Source: Vicugna vicugna
Lineage: Eukaryota
Direction: 5' to 3'
Length of the DNA stretch: 64,000 nt
Assembly (NCBI GenBank): GCA_013265495.1
Contig: MU058669.1
Span: 790,234-854,233 of the forward strand
Shown here: positions 27,429-42,339 of the stretch, one piece after another
Numbering within the stretch: position 1 is the first letter of the stretch
Layout: each line of letters starts with the position of its first letter
Position numbers and translations under genes: made by a program
Notes under the pieces: model-generated
Told to the model about the DNA's origin: nothing
Seen by the model: the letters and a program-made list of their open reading frames with translations, nothing else
Databases searched by the model: none

Positions 27429-30400
27429 CTACGTTTGACTCTGTCTCTGTCTGTTCTGTCTATCTGAGACAGTTGTGTTCTGATCCGTGGTCCCTCCGCT
27501 GGCTGTTGTAAAGGGCAAACAGGAAGGAGAATGGAAGTACATGTGCAGAGGGGTGAGCCGGTCTCCAGCCGGAGCTCATCCCAGGTTCACAAAAACCAAG
27601 GCCCAGGCCAGTGGTCCACTCAAATGTCACCTTCGCCTTGATGTCTTTTCCAGTCCCCTTGGGTAGAAATAAACAATTCTGCCTGCGATCTTGCTGCCAT
27701 GAACGACAATAATTCCAGCACCGACCGTGCTCCTGGGCTGTCAGAGGCTGTGTTTGATTGCTTTTGTGCCCCTTTGTCTGGCTTAGGAGAGTTTGCTAAC
27801 TTGGAAGGTGATGGTGGTGGCGCAGCAGAGAAGAGCCTGAGCTTGGCCTGGAACCCTGGCCGTCTGTCTCCAGAGCAGCTTTTCACAGTGATGCTGTTCC
27901 TGTTGAGAGGGGCCCGGCCCTGGGCTGGGACTCAGTTAACAGCGATTGAGTGCTCATTGTGTTTTAGGCAATCTTCTAAGTGCTTTTTATGTTTTAACTT
28001 CTTTCATCCTCACAAAAACCTGGAAAGTGGGCAATTGATTATCACTCCCATTTTAAATGTGAAGAAACTGGGATGTGGGGAAGTGAAGTGGCTCTGCTAA
28101 GGCCACAGGAGAGCCGTGGAGCCAGGATCGGTGGCAGGCAGGCCGATTGCCGGGCCGTGTCCTTCTGTGCTCCGCAAGGCTGCCAGCCAACCCTGATCGC
28201 CTCGTGTTGGTTGTCACTGGCCCCATGGTCTAGCTGTTGGCACACCTGTCCCCATCTCTGCACAATGTCCTCAGGGACAAAGCTGGAGGTCTATTCATTC
28301 TGGGACCCCTTTCTTAGGGGAGCAGACTGTTCCACAGAGAAGCAGCCCAGGGAACGTTTGTTGAGAGAATGAATGTCTCCAGCGTGGAGACATAGGACCC
28401 CACTGATGCTGAGACAGTTCAGAGGCCTGGGGGTGGGGTGGCAGCTGTGTCTCAGGACACGGGGTCAAAGTTTGCCCTCATGCCGGCATGTGTACCAAGT
28501 TGCCTGTGTGGGGCACTTTTAGTCAGCCTGGAAAGAGACACTTCTGTCTAATGACACAACCAGAAACTTACATTTCCAGGATATCAGAGCCAGAAGAAGT
28601 CTGAAGAACCGCTTCTGCCAACCTCTTCCTTTTACAGAGAGGGAAACAGAGGCTCAGAGACTAGAGGTCTTGCTGAAGACAGGAATGCAGTCTCTCGCCC
28701 CTCATTTTGCTAGGCCAGGGCTGCATGGGGCCCTCGGGCAACTGAGGAGCCCCTTCACCACTTTCTTGAGAGGTGGGCAAGGGCTCAGGGAAGCGGGTGG
28801 GGAAGCTCTGGTTTCCTCATCCCCGTTTCAACAGTTAGCCCTGCTTTTCATCTATTTCACACGTTGGGATTCCCACTGAGAGTTTGTTTTCACAAGGAGC
28901 CCTCTGGGTGAAAAATTAATGCTCAAGACCATTGTTGTGGTATACCATGATGCACGTTAAAAAAATGATTTCCAAACTACTTTCACAACACTTAACTCTT
29001 TGCTCCTCATACTATGCAGACAGCACAGACAGACTTGGGATTATTTCCCCTGTTTTACAGATGAGAAAACTGAGGCTTGGGGAGACCAAATGATCTAACT
29101 TGTATAGAATATATAGCAGGCTAGTGGCAGGGCATAGGAGCCAGGTCATAGACCTCAAAGGTAAAATTATTCAATATAATTAATAGAAACTTGGGAGACG
29201 ATCTGGCAAATGTAATTGTCATTTATTCTCCTGTAGATGATGCTAAGGTGTTCTCATTCCCTCCCCTTCCCCTTCCTCCTCACTTTCCTTCCTTCCATCC
29301 CTCCCCTCCTTTCTTTCTTCTCTCCTCTTCATGGTTAGTCACAGGTTTAGTTGTTCCCGCTCAAAACTATTCAACCATCAGTATCAAGGAAACTGCCTCC
29401 TTTGACACGCAACCAAGTCCTTGCACATCTACTGTGTTGCGAGAGTTATCATTTTTTAAAGTGAGAGCTTGAGGGTCGAGAGATTGGTCTCTGGCATCAG
29501 GCAGACCTGGTTTAAAAGGTGTATTTTCCCAATCACAAAGTGTGTGGACTGGCACCAGTGACTTGACCTCAGTGGGCCTGAGTTCCTATGCTATGGCACG
29601 GCTACAACAAGAGTACCTGTCTCGCAGGGTTGTGGGAGAGCCAAGTGAGTCAACACACGAGTAACGGTAAGCACAGAGAGTGGCTCATGGTGAGTTGTCA
29701 GTAAACTAAGAAATGATCCCCAGTAGGGTGGTGCCTCGTTGGAGGCTAACAGGCTTCTATACTGCACTACATCTCAGTTTCAGTTTGCTGTTGAGCATCG
29801 CCAGTCTCTAAAAGAAGTATGCCTTATGGAGCTTTTCTCAAACTCATTTGACAGTGTAACCCTCTTTACGTGCAGAGTGTCCTAGGATAAGTGATGCAAA
29901 ACCCACAAAATGCCGCTCTAAAATCTCAGGTTGCTTTGAGAAAAAAGAGGGGAAAATCAAGATAAGTTTGTGTAGACCAGATTTACATGGCTTAGAAAGA
30001 GACCTGAACTTTTAAGGATAGTGATCCTTCAGAGCTAGTATCATAGCTCTAATATTAAGTTGGTATTTATAAAAATTATTATATAACTTGGCTTATAGAT
30101 AGTGCCTTTGCTATCAAAAGCTAGAGGAATAGTTAAATGTTATAAACAAGCTCATTTTATTCCTAGCCCTTTTGTAGAGAAATAAGAGCACCAGTCAGAA
30201 GAGCAGGGTGATGCCAGCTTGCACCTCATGTCAGCTAGCAGGCTGAGAAATCTGGTTCCACATTCTGACGAAAAAAAGCTGGCAAAGATTTTTGAAGAGA
30301 CATCGTACTTCGGAGATGAGAGCAAATTTCCCTTTCTTAGAGAAATGGGTTGGATTGTTATACAACACTTTGATTCTCTACTGAGGATATGCAGAAACTT

Positions 30401-30859
30401 TGATTCTATCTGAAATTAAATCAGAGCTAGTAGTTTGGTCAAAATTGGAGCCCACCGCTCAGGAGAGGATTTAAAAATTCTGACAGTGAGGTCTTCTCCT
30501 GGGGCCAGCTATAATTTTTGATCTCCTATTTCCCACCTACCTCTAAAGAGTCTTTGAATGTAGGAAATGAACCTAGATGATAGGGGAGATTTTTTTTTTA
30601 AGTGAATGAAGTCTAAAAAGGAGCTGATCACAGAACAGTAAATTCAATTGATTTACCTTGCACAGTCATCAAATCAAATTTACACACTTGTATCTCTAGG
30701 CTGCCTCTGAAGCCACAACCCCTGGCCTCTAAAAGTGAGATCATTATAATAATTTTTTTAAAGTTGCCTGTTGTGGCAAAGACCACCAAAGACCAGATGA
30801 CTACCAAGGATTCTTGTTAACATTCCACAGCATGCAGGTATGGTGGGGAGCAGTTATCT

Positions 30860-31213
30860 AGACAGCAGTTGCATTTCCCAGCCCGCCATGTGTCTGGGGG
30901 GGCCAGGTGATTGGGTTGGCCAGCGGAACACAGCAGAAGTGGTGCACATGTCTCCTCGCCTAACTCCACCACATCCCCAGCACCGTTTCCAGTATCTTTC
31001 TTCCTCAGCTGTTCGCTGGATGTGAGTAGCCAGGAAGACCCAAACAGACAGTGGAAATTCCATAAGCCTGAGTCTTAACCAGAGTCCCCGGCCCCAAAAG
31101 TGGCTACTGGATGAACAAGAATTAAGCCTCTGTTGCATTAAACATCTGAGATTTTAGAATTGATCTGTTACTATGCCTAGTTAAGAAAACTTAGGGTTAT
31201 CTTATCTAACACA
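30860..31213 (+). mobile_element. MaLR LTR fragment (MLT1-like)
   Basis: catttcccagcc...; 3' motif ctctgttgcattaaacatctgagattttag...tgttact...ctaacaca. Confidence 0.55.
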
Positions 31214-31579
31214 CTTAAAGAATTGGAACTTAGAATAATAAGTGTATTTGTGACTTTTTCTGAGTTCTGCTTGAGGTGTTATTTCATTAAATTTGCCAGC
31301 GTTTTTTTTTTTCATAATGCTGGTAGATCTATGGAAACATGGGTCAGAGTAGTATGCTCCCTGGTTGCCCAGAAACATTCAATACACTGCCCATTCTTTT
31401 AATGAACAGCCACTAGTTTGTATCTGCTTACCATGTGTCAATATATTGGAGGCACTGAAGATATAGTAAATAACACAACTATGGTCCCTGCTTGTAGAGA
31501 GCGGACATTTTAGTGGCAAGGAGGTGGAGAAGAGGGGAAGAAAGACAATAAATAATAAATAAATGTTATTTATCCAGAC

Positions 31580-31911
31580 CAGGGGTCATCAAAGTTTATC
31601 TTTGAAGAGACGGAGAGTAAATATTTTAGGCTTTGTGGATCAGACAGCCTCTTTTGCAGCTATGCATCTCTGCTGTTACAGTGCAGAAACCATAGACAAT
31701 ATCTAAACAAATGAGTTTGGCTGTGACTAAAAAAGCAACTTTATTTATGGACACTGAAATTTTAATTTCATGTACTTTTCACATGACATGAAGCAGTCAT
31801 CTTCTGATGTAGTTCAGCCATTTAAAAATGTAAAAATCATTAGCTCACGGGCTGGACAAAACCAGGCGTTTGGCTAAATTGGGCCTACAGGCTGAAGTTT
31901 GCCAACACCAG
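31580..31911 (+). mobile_element. MER58B-like hAT-Charlie MITE inserted in L2
   Basis: TIRs caggggtcatcaaa / tttgccaacaccag; internal aaatattttaggctttgtgg and tttatttatggacactgaaat; flanks tccaga/tctaga. Confidence 0.8.
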
Positions 31912-31919
31912 TCTAGATC

Positions 31920-32500
31920 AATAAACCAACAAGAACATATCAGAAAGGGTAAGGACTGTGAAAAAACCAGAATGGCATGATGGGATTGCGCCGGGTGGGT
32001 GGGAGCTGCTTTAGATAGCTTGCTCAGGGATCACCTCTCTGCGGTGGCTTCATTTGGGTCAGAACTTGCATGACAAGGAGAGACACTGCTCATGAAACTA
32101 CACTGATTGAGAGACCAGGCAAAGGAGCAGAAAGCTGTCAGGGTAGCTGTGGGGTCAGGGGCTAGAGAAAGAGCAGCAGGAGCTGATGTCAGAGGGACGC
32201 AGCACCTGGGGTTCTGAAGGCCAAGGTGAGGAGTTACAATGCATTTTACCTACAATAGGAAGCCAGCCAAAAGCTTTAAGCAGAGGAACGATACAACCTG
32301 ATGAATATTTGAAAATGATTATCCCAGCTCTCATGTTGGAAAAATGGCTTTGTAGAGGGCCAAGAACATGGCCAGCAGGACTAGTGACTGGCCGGCAGGG
32401 TGGAAGGAGGCTTGGGCTCTGCGGCCAGCCGAGGAAGTGGAGAGAAGTGGATGGGTTAAAGCTCCATCTTGGAGATCTAACAGGATTCAGTATGTCCAAA
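31920..32500 (-). mobile_element. LINE-2 fragment
   Basis: L2 antisense motifs (aataggaagccag...ttttaagcagaggaa, ggaagtggagagaagtggatgg, aacaggatt). Confidence 0.6.
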
Positions 32501-33865
32501 ATTGGGTAGCAAAAACTCAAAGAAAAAGTCTCAAAGGACATGTGGACTGGAGGGCTGTGAATTCGTTGGGACTTCAAATCACTTTTGACATCAGTAGGAC
32601 TTTGTGTCAGTTTAGTCTTCTTTCCTGCCCAGTCTTTCTTTTTCCAGTGATACTTGAGTCATAGCTGGGGATGAGAAACTTGTGGCAGGGCAGGGGGACT
32701 CACATCAAGTTGCAATGAGACTTGTCCATTTCAAGTCCAAAAATATCTACAGAACCAATGGTGATGGGCAAAGATGGTTAAAACAACAATGCTGGTCCCT
32801 TGCTGAAAGACCTTGGAGAATTTTCCCTACACTTCTCTCTTGGCAGCCACTTGTCAGAATTTGTGCTCCTGCTTGAATTTGACAAGGTGACAATATTTGG
32901 ATAAAGATCTGTAAATCAGCACCCCACGGTGAAGTGGAATCTCTGAATGGGATTTCCTGAGGATTTCGCGTCAGTGGGGCCAGTGCCACTTTGGCATTTG
33001 AAGCTCCGAAGTGTGTGATGGATGTATGCTTAGAGCACACAATTTTCAGTAGGATGTCAGATTGGACCCACATACCCAAAAGGTGTGTTGGCAGATCAGT
33101 GGCCAGGATACGAGCCAAAAGATCCGGAGAGAGTCCCCAGGGCCCCCAGTCAAGCAGCAGCAGCATCTCTTTATTACATACGTCAGGTGAGGCCACGCAG
33201 AGTTCACTGCAACCAGCACCAGGAGGTCACCCGTGAAGCTGAGAAATTGTTTTGTTAGGAGACTGACTGAGTAAAAAGCCTGAAGCCACAGATGTGGAGG
33301 AATTGATTTTCTGAAAGTTTCCCTGTAAACAAAGGATGCTTAAACCCACATTCTAAGAAAGGATTTAGTCATTGGAAGGTAAGTTGCAAAACAGCCCCAG
33401 GATCTGAAAACTAAAGCACAACCATTTGCCAGTGGATTTTAAGGTTCCTCTGTTATTTGTGTTTGCTGGCTTATCCATTCCATGGGCTTTAACAGCCTGA
33501 CTCACTCCAACTCCAGGCTGGCATGAAAATCTCTGTGGCCCAAAGAAGGCAGTTAAAGTAGACAAAACAGGGGCTAAATGTCCACTGCATTCCAGGGGCT
33601 ACTTCTGGGAATCCCTTGCTATAGGCAAGCGGGTAGCAGACATTGTTTCACTTAAGGCTGACAGCAACCCTGAGAGGTAACAGGCATTATCCCCATTTGG
33701 GGATGATATAACTGAGGTCCGTGGAGACTAACTAACTTGTTTAAGGTCATGTGCCCAGTAAAGGGGAAAGCAGAGACTTTGTAACCATTCTGCCACATTC
33801 TGGTGTTTCTCACCAAAACACTCAGAGCACCATGAACCACACCGTGTGGGGATGGAGAGCGTCAG

Positions 33866-34068
33866 CAGAGCTGCTCAGTACAACATGCTGTGATGATGGA
33901 CATGACCTACATCTGTGCTGTCTAGTGTGGCAGCCACCAGACAGACTGGCTGTTGAGCACTTGACAGGTAGCTAGTGCAACTAAGGGACTGATTCTTAAA
34001 TTTTAATTATTTACAGTTCAATTTAAATAGCCATCCATGGCCAGAGGTAACTGTGCTTGACAGTACAG
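33866..34068. mobile_element. MER3-like hAT-Charlie MITE
   Basis: tgtgatgatgga...tctgtgctgtctagtgtggcagccaccag...tggctgttgagcacttga...tttaaatagcca. Confidence 0.75.
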
Positions 34069-35149
34069 GCATAGAGGACATCAAGTTTAAAAGATTAAGA
34101 CCTAATGTTCGATATGCCAGGCCCAGCCCTCAGAATGGCTGCACATGTTAGATCACTGAATCTTCTCAGTGAGCCTATGAGATCGGCATTGTCATGGTGA
34201 CCCTCATTTAAGGCACAAAGAACCAGATGAACTTGTCCGGAATCACAGACTGGAAAGTGATGATGCCAGGATTCCAGAGCTAACGCTCTGATCCATGAGA
34301 CTCTACTAGCTTTATACTCTGTATGTGATGCTTCTTACCTGCTACACCGGCCACCCCATGGAGCTTGGAATGTAATGAAGATCGGAGAGCAAAATAGAGG
34401 CTGCCACGAGGCAGAACAAGAGAGCCAAGGAAAGGCTTCCCTGGGGAGTGGCATTTACTCCGAGTGCTGAAGGCTGAGGAGGAATTGGCCAGGCACAAGA
34501 AGGAGGTGGGTTATAGGGAGTCCTAGGCAGAGGGAACATGCATGAAGGCTGGGAGGTGAGAAAGAACATGGTGTATTCCAGGAAATGAAAGTTGATCAGA
34601 ATGAAGAGTGGAGGGAGGAAGGAAGGAAGTGAGTGTCCAAGGGCCAAAGTAAGAGAAATTGGCAGAGGCGGGAGCACACAGAGTCTGGTAGAATTCTGAG
34701 TGTTTTTTCCCGAGGATTTGAATGTCCTAAAATTTTTAATACACATATGCATTAGATATTACATACCTATACACAAACTATTTTTCACCCCTACTTCTGT
34801 GTGGAGGATGGAATGGATATGGCCAAGGGTGGATTAGAAGACGGTTAACATCATCAGTAACCATCATTCTCAACTTTTTACTTTGGAATTCCTCCGGAAC
34901 AGCAGTGGTATTTTGTGCACTTCTATTACTTTATATTTTCAAAGTACTTTCCCATCCCTGGGATCTTTGCAAGCATCCTGAGACAAAGGTAGAGATTTTT
35001 TTTAGTCTCCATTTTGCACATGAGTGAATCGATTCTCAGAGGAGGGAACTGACTTGCCCAGAGTCCCATCTGATTAGTGGCAGAGCTGAGACTAGAATTC
35101 TCATTGCCTCTGTCTCTTCGAAGAGAGCCAGTTCAGGAAGAGGGGCTCA

Positions 35150-35362
<213 letters not shown>

Positions 35363-36539
35363 TCAGAAGTTGCTCTTCATGTTTGTTGATTTGTTTTCTG
35401 CCGAAGTGAAAACCTGAAACCTGAGATTGTTACACGTGATGAGGTCTTGGAGTAGCATCAATACTAAACACCTCTCTCCTCCCTTGCCTGTAGTGGGTAT
35501 CACTATTACAGCACAGTCCTCTTTCCAACTAAACTGAGATTCATCCTGAAAACTTTTGTGCCCATTGCTTTAGGTGAATAGTAACAGTGGATCAAAGTAA
35601 GTCCTAATAGGAAATCTCTGTGCCATCTCCTATCATGACCACCACCATGAGCACCACTGCCTCTCAGACACACATCTTCAGGTGTGGAAACTGAAGGAGG
35701 CCCCCTGAGGAAGGGACTGGTGTGCTATCCCTAGTAAGTCAGAAGGCCCAGGAGCAGAAGTTGGCCTTGTGATGCCTTGGGCTATGCCTCAGTATGGTTT
35801 CTTAATTCCTTTGAGAGGCCAGGAAATATGTTACTTGGCAATCTAAAGGCCTAGAATTGGGAGACCTGGATTTTACCCCCAGCTTTCCTCTCAAAAGCCA
35901 AGTGACTTTGGATGATTCACCTCTCTAAGCCTCTAGTTTCCAAAACTCCTGCCACCATCTACCTTAAAGGACACAGCAAATGTGAAAGTGCTGTACAAAC
36001 TTTAAAGCACTTGATGAGACCCTTTATGATAAGACCAGAGCATGTGGGGCATTAAACAGGTCTCAGCTGACTGAAACAAGATTTGTATTGGAACCCCCCA
36101 AATACAACACATGGGATTTCTTCTCCACAAATGAGTCAGATTAAACTTCCATGGCTTCCTATCTTCAGGCTCATAGTAAAGGCCAAGTGGTCAACATGGC
36201 GGATCCAAGACTTTGAGGACCAAGCCTGCGGCTCTGGAAGTGACCAATAAAATTGGTCCACCCTCAAGTTGGGGATGAGTCTGACTGTGTATCATCGGCT
36301 CAGGTACAAGAAATCACATTCTCCAATGCTGTCCCGCCATGTGTCCTCAGATCAGTCTGGCCTAAGGCCAGTGAGATGAGTCTCTACCTATAACCAATGT
36401 AAACAGGGCCTTGTAACCAAGCGTTATTTCCCCCTCTTCAAATAGCTTAAAAGGAAGCCTTAAAGGGCTTTATGATGTTCTGATAGTGACCAGCCCCTCT
36501 GCCTTAAGAAGGTATAAGAATAGCTGGGGTGTATGCAGT

Positions 36540-36665
36540 AGAGAGAGAGGGAGGAAGGAAGGAAGGTGGGGAGGAAGGAAAGAAGGGAGGAAGGGAGGAA
36601 GGGAGAGAGGAAGGAAGGAAGGAAGGAAAGGAAGGGAGGGAGGAAGGAAGGAAGGAAGGATGGAT
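36540..36665. repeat. Polypurine (GGAA/GGGA)n low-complexity repeat
   Basis: About 120 bp almost entirely A/G on the + strand. Confidence 0.95.
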
Positions 36666-39321
36666 GAGTGTGTCTCTCAGGCTGACCCTCCCATCACCTT
36701 CTGGTTGGAAGTCTCAGTGCTGGACCCATGACAGGCCCAGAGCACACAACAAATTCTACAACAAGTCTTCACTCTGTCAGAGGAAATATGGAGAAATTCT
36801 TGCTCTGGATAAGTCCAGGCTGGTTTTCCTTTTCAGAGAGAAAACAAAGCCGAGGTCCTGCTACAAAGAATTAGAAGAGAGCAATTCTGATCTATCAGCA
36901 ACTTCACTTTCCTCTCTTCTTGGTCATTTCTCACCCACCTCTTGTTTCACATTCATTCAGGTTCAAGATAGGTTTGCTAAGTAGCAGCTAATGTGACTCA
37001 TTTGGAAAAACAGATTGGGATACATGTACAGATGACTGGGTGGTGGACTGATCTGCCCAACCAGAAGTGTCATTGATGATTCAAATGATTCTACTTTTTG
37101 GTTCTTATCTCAAATATCATACTAATTATCATCATGTCATATTGATATGGCAAGTTGGATAATGTCTCTATGACTCAGTTTCCTCATTTGATTAATGGGA
37201 CCAATTAGAGTTAGTTATGTCTTAAGGTTGTTTTAAGGATTAAATGAGATATGTTTTGATCAATGTTTGCCTCATGGTGAGTTTTCAACAAAGGCCAGCT
37301 GTTATTTTTATTGTTACTAATTAGTGTTATTAATACTACCATCATTTTCCAAGTGTTTCGTGTTCATGAAGCATTTTCACATATATTACTTCATCTCCAG
37401 TCATAGGAACCTCCTGAGATAGGCTGTTTAGAGATTAGGATCTTCACTTACATGGGAGAAAACCATAAGTAGAAGGTAAAGTGATTTGCTCAAGACTTAG
37501 GACTTACATGGCTCTGAGGGAGGCCTAAAATCAAGAGCTTCTGATATATTCTGGTTTCTTCACTTAATATACCAAGTGGCCTCTTAGAGGACAATGCTCC
37601 TGTCCTAGGCTCTAAGGGAAGATATAGAAATGAGCAAAGCCATGTGTTCTACATGGCTACTAGTGCTACCCACTACTCTAGCTGGGCATTTTCCAGGCCA
37701 CGCTGTGTTAATTCCTAAGTATGTGGCCATGTACAAGTCGCCATGCCTATCTGCTTCTCGGTTTCCTCTTCAAGGAACTGACATGCTTAGCATATTGTCT
37801 GGGTCATAAATGTTCAGTGGAGAGTATCTGTTATTTAAGTAATGATGTTGATATTGATGATGATGGTAACGATGATGATTACTACTACTGCCACTGTGAC
37901 GTGTACAGTGGGTAAGAGGGATGGAAACGAAGAAGATCTAACATTGAGGCCTTGGGTCTGCGAAGTTGTTGTCTCAGAGAAGGGGACTCTTTCAGCAGAA
38001 CTAAGGGTCTTATCACTGTTATTTTTGCATGCCTTTCTCAGTTTCCAAAAAAAAATCATCAGCAGCAAAGGGCCCCTTGCATTGTCACAATGTTTGATGT
38101 TCACAGGAATCCAGTGAGGAGCAAAAGCAGAGATTATCTTGCTCCTTTTACGATAGGCTTATTGAGACTCAGAGTTACGGCACTTGGGTTCAGGATTCAC
38201 AGGAAGTCATGAGAGGCTTGAAGTAGCTGAAAGCTCTTACAGTCTAGTTGGAGAAGCCAAGACTTACACACACTGAAATAAATAAAGTTGGGAAAGAAGA
38301 TGTCCCAGAACTACTTTTCTATGATTGCAGAGCAAGGAGAGGTCAAGAGAATGGATTAGCTCCAAACCATTTATGAGGACAGTCAAGTCTCACAGGCAGA
38401 GGAGTAAGCTTCTCAGAAACATATGCTTTGGACAGATCAGAAAATTGCTGTCTTTCCATGAGGACTGAGTCCTCATTCCTCAGCCCCACCCCCATGCTGA
38501 GGCAGCTGGGGTCAGACTGAGGGAGACCTGGAATTCCCCTTTAGTCCCTGCCTCCTGGAACTCCCATCACTGTCCTGGCACCTGCCGACTCCCTCTGTAG
38601 AAGATGGAGCATTAACCTTGGATTTCTTGTAAATGGTACTGGGTGCCAGCCACCCATGAGAGGCTGAAGCATTTTCCTTTTTGCTTGGTTCTGGGGAAGC
38701 GCTGGTTGGTGTTTCTAGTACTTGAGCCATCAACACTGACAACTCCTCCAGCCCCATCCCCAGCGGAGGCAGCAGAGATCTCTGGACCAGAGCTTCTACA
38801 ACCTCTTTGTGGCTCCCTTGACATGGGAAATCAGAGCCTGTGGACTAGGTCCCGGTGAATCACATTCTGGTTATTTTAGCCAGGGCAAGTCTTAGGACCA
38901 CTCTGAACTTCCACTTTCCCCTTGGACAATGGGATGAATAATCCTGGCTCTAACTATCTCATGCAGTTGCCTTGAGGTTCAAAGAAGCTTATATATTGTC
39001 CTTTTCAAAAACATTTTTTTTGAGCCTTGTGACAAACCAGTGAGGGAGGCAGTGCTAAGAGGATTATATCCATTTAGGAGATGAGGAAATTAATGCCAGA
39101 GAAATTGACTAATTAACCCAGGATCCCCTAGATAGTGCCTGGTGGAGCCATGGTGAGAACCCAGCTCTTCTCTTCCTAACTCCCTATCAGCTAAGCCCGA
39201 TGCCCACAAGTCCTCACTGGCACCCTCGCTCTAGTCTCCTGCTGGGTGTCGTTTACATCATCACCCAGACCCTCCAAAACCTGAATCCCTCTTTGTTCAA
39301 ATTCACCCTTCTTTTAAGGTG

Positions 39322-39450
39322 TAACATGACCATCCATCTCAGTTTGCTTGGGATCGTTCCAGGGTACATCTCTTATCTAGAATAATTGGTACTAGCTCTC
39401 GCTTTCACTCTCAAGTGTCCCAGTTTGGATGATAAATTATATGGTCACCG
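39322..39450. mobile_element. MER94-like hAT-Blackjack MITE
   Basis: tgaccat...cagtttgcttggga...tttcactctcaagtgtcccagtttggatgataaattatatggtcacc. Confidence 0.7.
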
Positions 39451-42339
39451 TTTTTTAAAGCCCCAGTCTCATTGCTATAGGAGGCCTGGCCAGCATCCAT
39501 GTTCCCGAGTCATGGCCTTCTGCTCTGACTGTCCATAGCACCGAGAGCCTGGCTATGTTAGTTATCCATTAATCCATGCCTCTATAGCTATTATTTTTCA
39601 GGAGCTTGTCTCCCCTCCGTAACTGGGTCTTGAGTCCCAAAAGCCAGGGGCTGTGTCTTACACTCCTATTGCTCACCCCACCCCAGCCCTCATCTAGCAA
39701 AGTGCTGGGTAAAGCTTCATTTCGCTATCTGTGATCACTGCCTGCCAACCTGCAAGCACAAAGCCTAAGAGGGCGGATCGGTCTTTAGGGCAGATAATCT
39801 TCATCTGAGGTCCAGGCTGGGCTTCCAAAAGTGTCTATGGTCCCCCTAACTCCTGGTAATACAAAAATATATGTATGTATTTGTATGCATTTTTCTGGGA
39901 TAGAGTTCAAAGCTTTTTTTTTTAAAAAAAATCACATTGTCAAAGGGCTTATGACCTCCAAATACTAAGAGCCTGGCTTGGGGAGCTGAATCTTTTCTGC
40001 TAGCCAGAAGCCGACACTGCACACCCTAATGCTTCCTCCTTCTGGGGGCACTGAGGGCTTCCAGGATGTGGGCTCATTCATATTCTGAACAGCTCCCTGG
40101 ATGTCAGGCAAGGACAGGCAGGCAGCTATCTTCACTCTGCTGCTGGGGAAATTACAGCAGGGGGAGCAGGGTGGGGAGTTGCACAGATGTTACCCGAGGC
40201 CATGTGCCATTGCTGGCTGGGCCACAGCTCTTGTATCTCACCTGGGCTGGGCCTTCAAGGCTTCAGAGCGGAGCAGTTACATATACAGAGTGAGGTAGCA
40301 AGTAGATGTGGGCTGGAGTCCCAGCTTTACCACTAACTAGCTGTATAATTTCAGGAAATTTTTAAAACATCTCTGAATCTCAGTTTCTGCATTTATAAAG
40401 CACAATTAATAAAACCAGCTACCTTAGAGTGTTATACTGAGGATTCAACAAGATCAGACATGTAAAATATGTTCAGAACCTTGTGCAGAGGGAGCCCTGA
40501 GTATATCATAACTGGTATTACCATTATTTTTAGAATAATGTGCTTATTCTTCCTGGCCTAACTCACAGACATCCCAGCTCTAACACAAGCAGAACCACAG
40601 GTCCCTCCCACTGTGTGGCCTAGAGGCCGGTGGTTAGAACAGAAGAGATTTGAGCCTCCAACCTTGGGTTCCAAGGACCGAATGTCTTTGGGTCTTACCC
40701 AGTCTACTGTGGGCACACAGTTGCTCCCTAATGGGATGGCTATTTTAAGAGAGGGGTCTAGTGGGTGAAATACCTAGACAATGGTCATAACTGTGTGTGG
40801 AAACCCTGGAGCTCAGGGCATACAAGCCAAGGTCCCTCAGGCCATAGGACAGGCCTGGGGCGGGAGGAGGAGCCCAGGATGTGGATCTACTGCTAAGTTG
40901 CTGTGTGACCCTGGGTGAGTCACTGCCCACTCTGGGTTGGCTGCTTCATCTATAATGTAAAGGAAGGTGGGAGATGTAATCTCTCAGGTCTCTTCTAGCA
41001 ATACATTTTTGTGATTCTAGGTGATTAACAAAAATTTGAAAGTTATCAGTTTGAATAGCTGATCTTAGGATCAGAATGTTGGTTTTACTTTTTGGCTTGT
41101 TTTGTGGCTAGTTCTCCCCACCTGACACCCACCCCCAGTAGAGACTGAAGGGAGTTTCTTGAGGGCCGGTCTTGCCTTGTCTTACTGTCCCCAGAGCTCG
41201 GCCCCAGGCCAGAGCACGCAGTAGGCTCTCAGGAGCAGCTGACCGGCTGCTGGAGAGGCAGGCACACACGCATCTTGACTCAACACAATATAGAGGAGGT
41301 CATTTTTTTTAACTAAGGCAACTGCTTCCTCACAAACCCCACTAAAGGCAGAGCAGAAGAATGAGCATCTTACAACCAGAAAGATGTAGGTTAGGCAACA
41401 AGATTAAATAAATTAGATGCTCAGAGTTCTTAGAGCCTGTTGAGTCCTGGGAGTCATCTCTCCAGCCTCCTTATTGTCATGGATGAGGAAAGGGGAGGGT
41501 GCAGGAGATCTGAACGAGTACTCCATGGTCATCCAGAGACCAGGCGGCCCAGCTGGACGTGGACCCCAGCTCTCCTGTTTCCTCATTCAGAGCCCTTCCT
41601 GCCACCCATGTCGTCTCCTGGCTTCATCACCGCCACGATGGTACCAGAGTATCCTTCCAGGGATGTCCTTAAGATGGGAGAGGCGAGGGAGCTGGAAGGG
41701 CTGTGAAGCTGAGGGCAAGTCCCTGGGACCTTCGGAAACCAGTTTCACATTGCAAACAGAATTTGTCTCGACTGTGGAGTCTGGAAGAGCATTTTAAATG
41801 AGCCAGAAGGCGGGCACTGCACCTCCAGGCCGTCATTTAGAAGTGATTCAGGCCCCCACCCTGTGCAGAGACGAGGGGAGGGCAGAAAGGGCTGCAGGTG
41901 GACCTCCTGTAGTAACAGGAGCTTTGCTTCATCCCAAAGGACAGAAGTACATATTCTCCTCCACGTAAAGGCACTTCGTTTGAGCTGGAGAACAGCTGTT
42001 GATGTTCCCTTTTTTAGTCTCTTTCTGCAGGTTGTGAATTGCTAGGGCTGTGCACGTGTGGTTGGCAAACAAATGGGAAGAGTTGCACATTTTACTCTAC
42101 ATTTCTCCTTCATTCAGAAACGCTCCTCTCCTCCCCTGGGAGTCCAAGTTCACTTTCTGTTGAATATAGTTTTAAAAGTAGAGCTGGCCTTATCTAGACA
42201 ACTCTTAGATGGGGTGGGAAGGTCCTAAGGGCATTTACACCAAAATAATTTGCTATTGCTGGCTTGCCACTGTGTCTGATACTTTGACATTCCTTGGCAG
42301 TGAGCACTGCCCTCTATGCACAGCCTGGGCTTGAGGTGC

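Noticed and set aside
32875..33290. Possible old hAT-like element
   Set aside because: Only a vague terminal resemblance; could not assign a family or both ends.
36486..36984. ORFs of 81 and 151 aa rich in G/R/K/E
   Set aside because: Translation of the (GGAA)n repeat; no coding signature.
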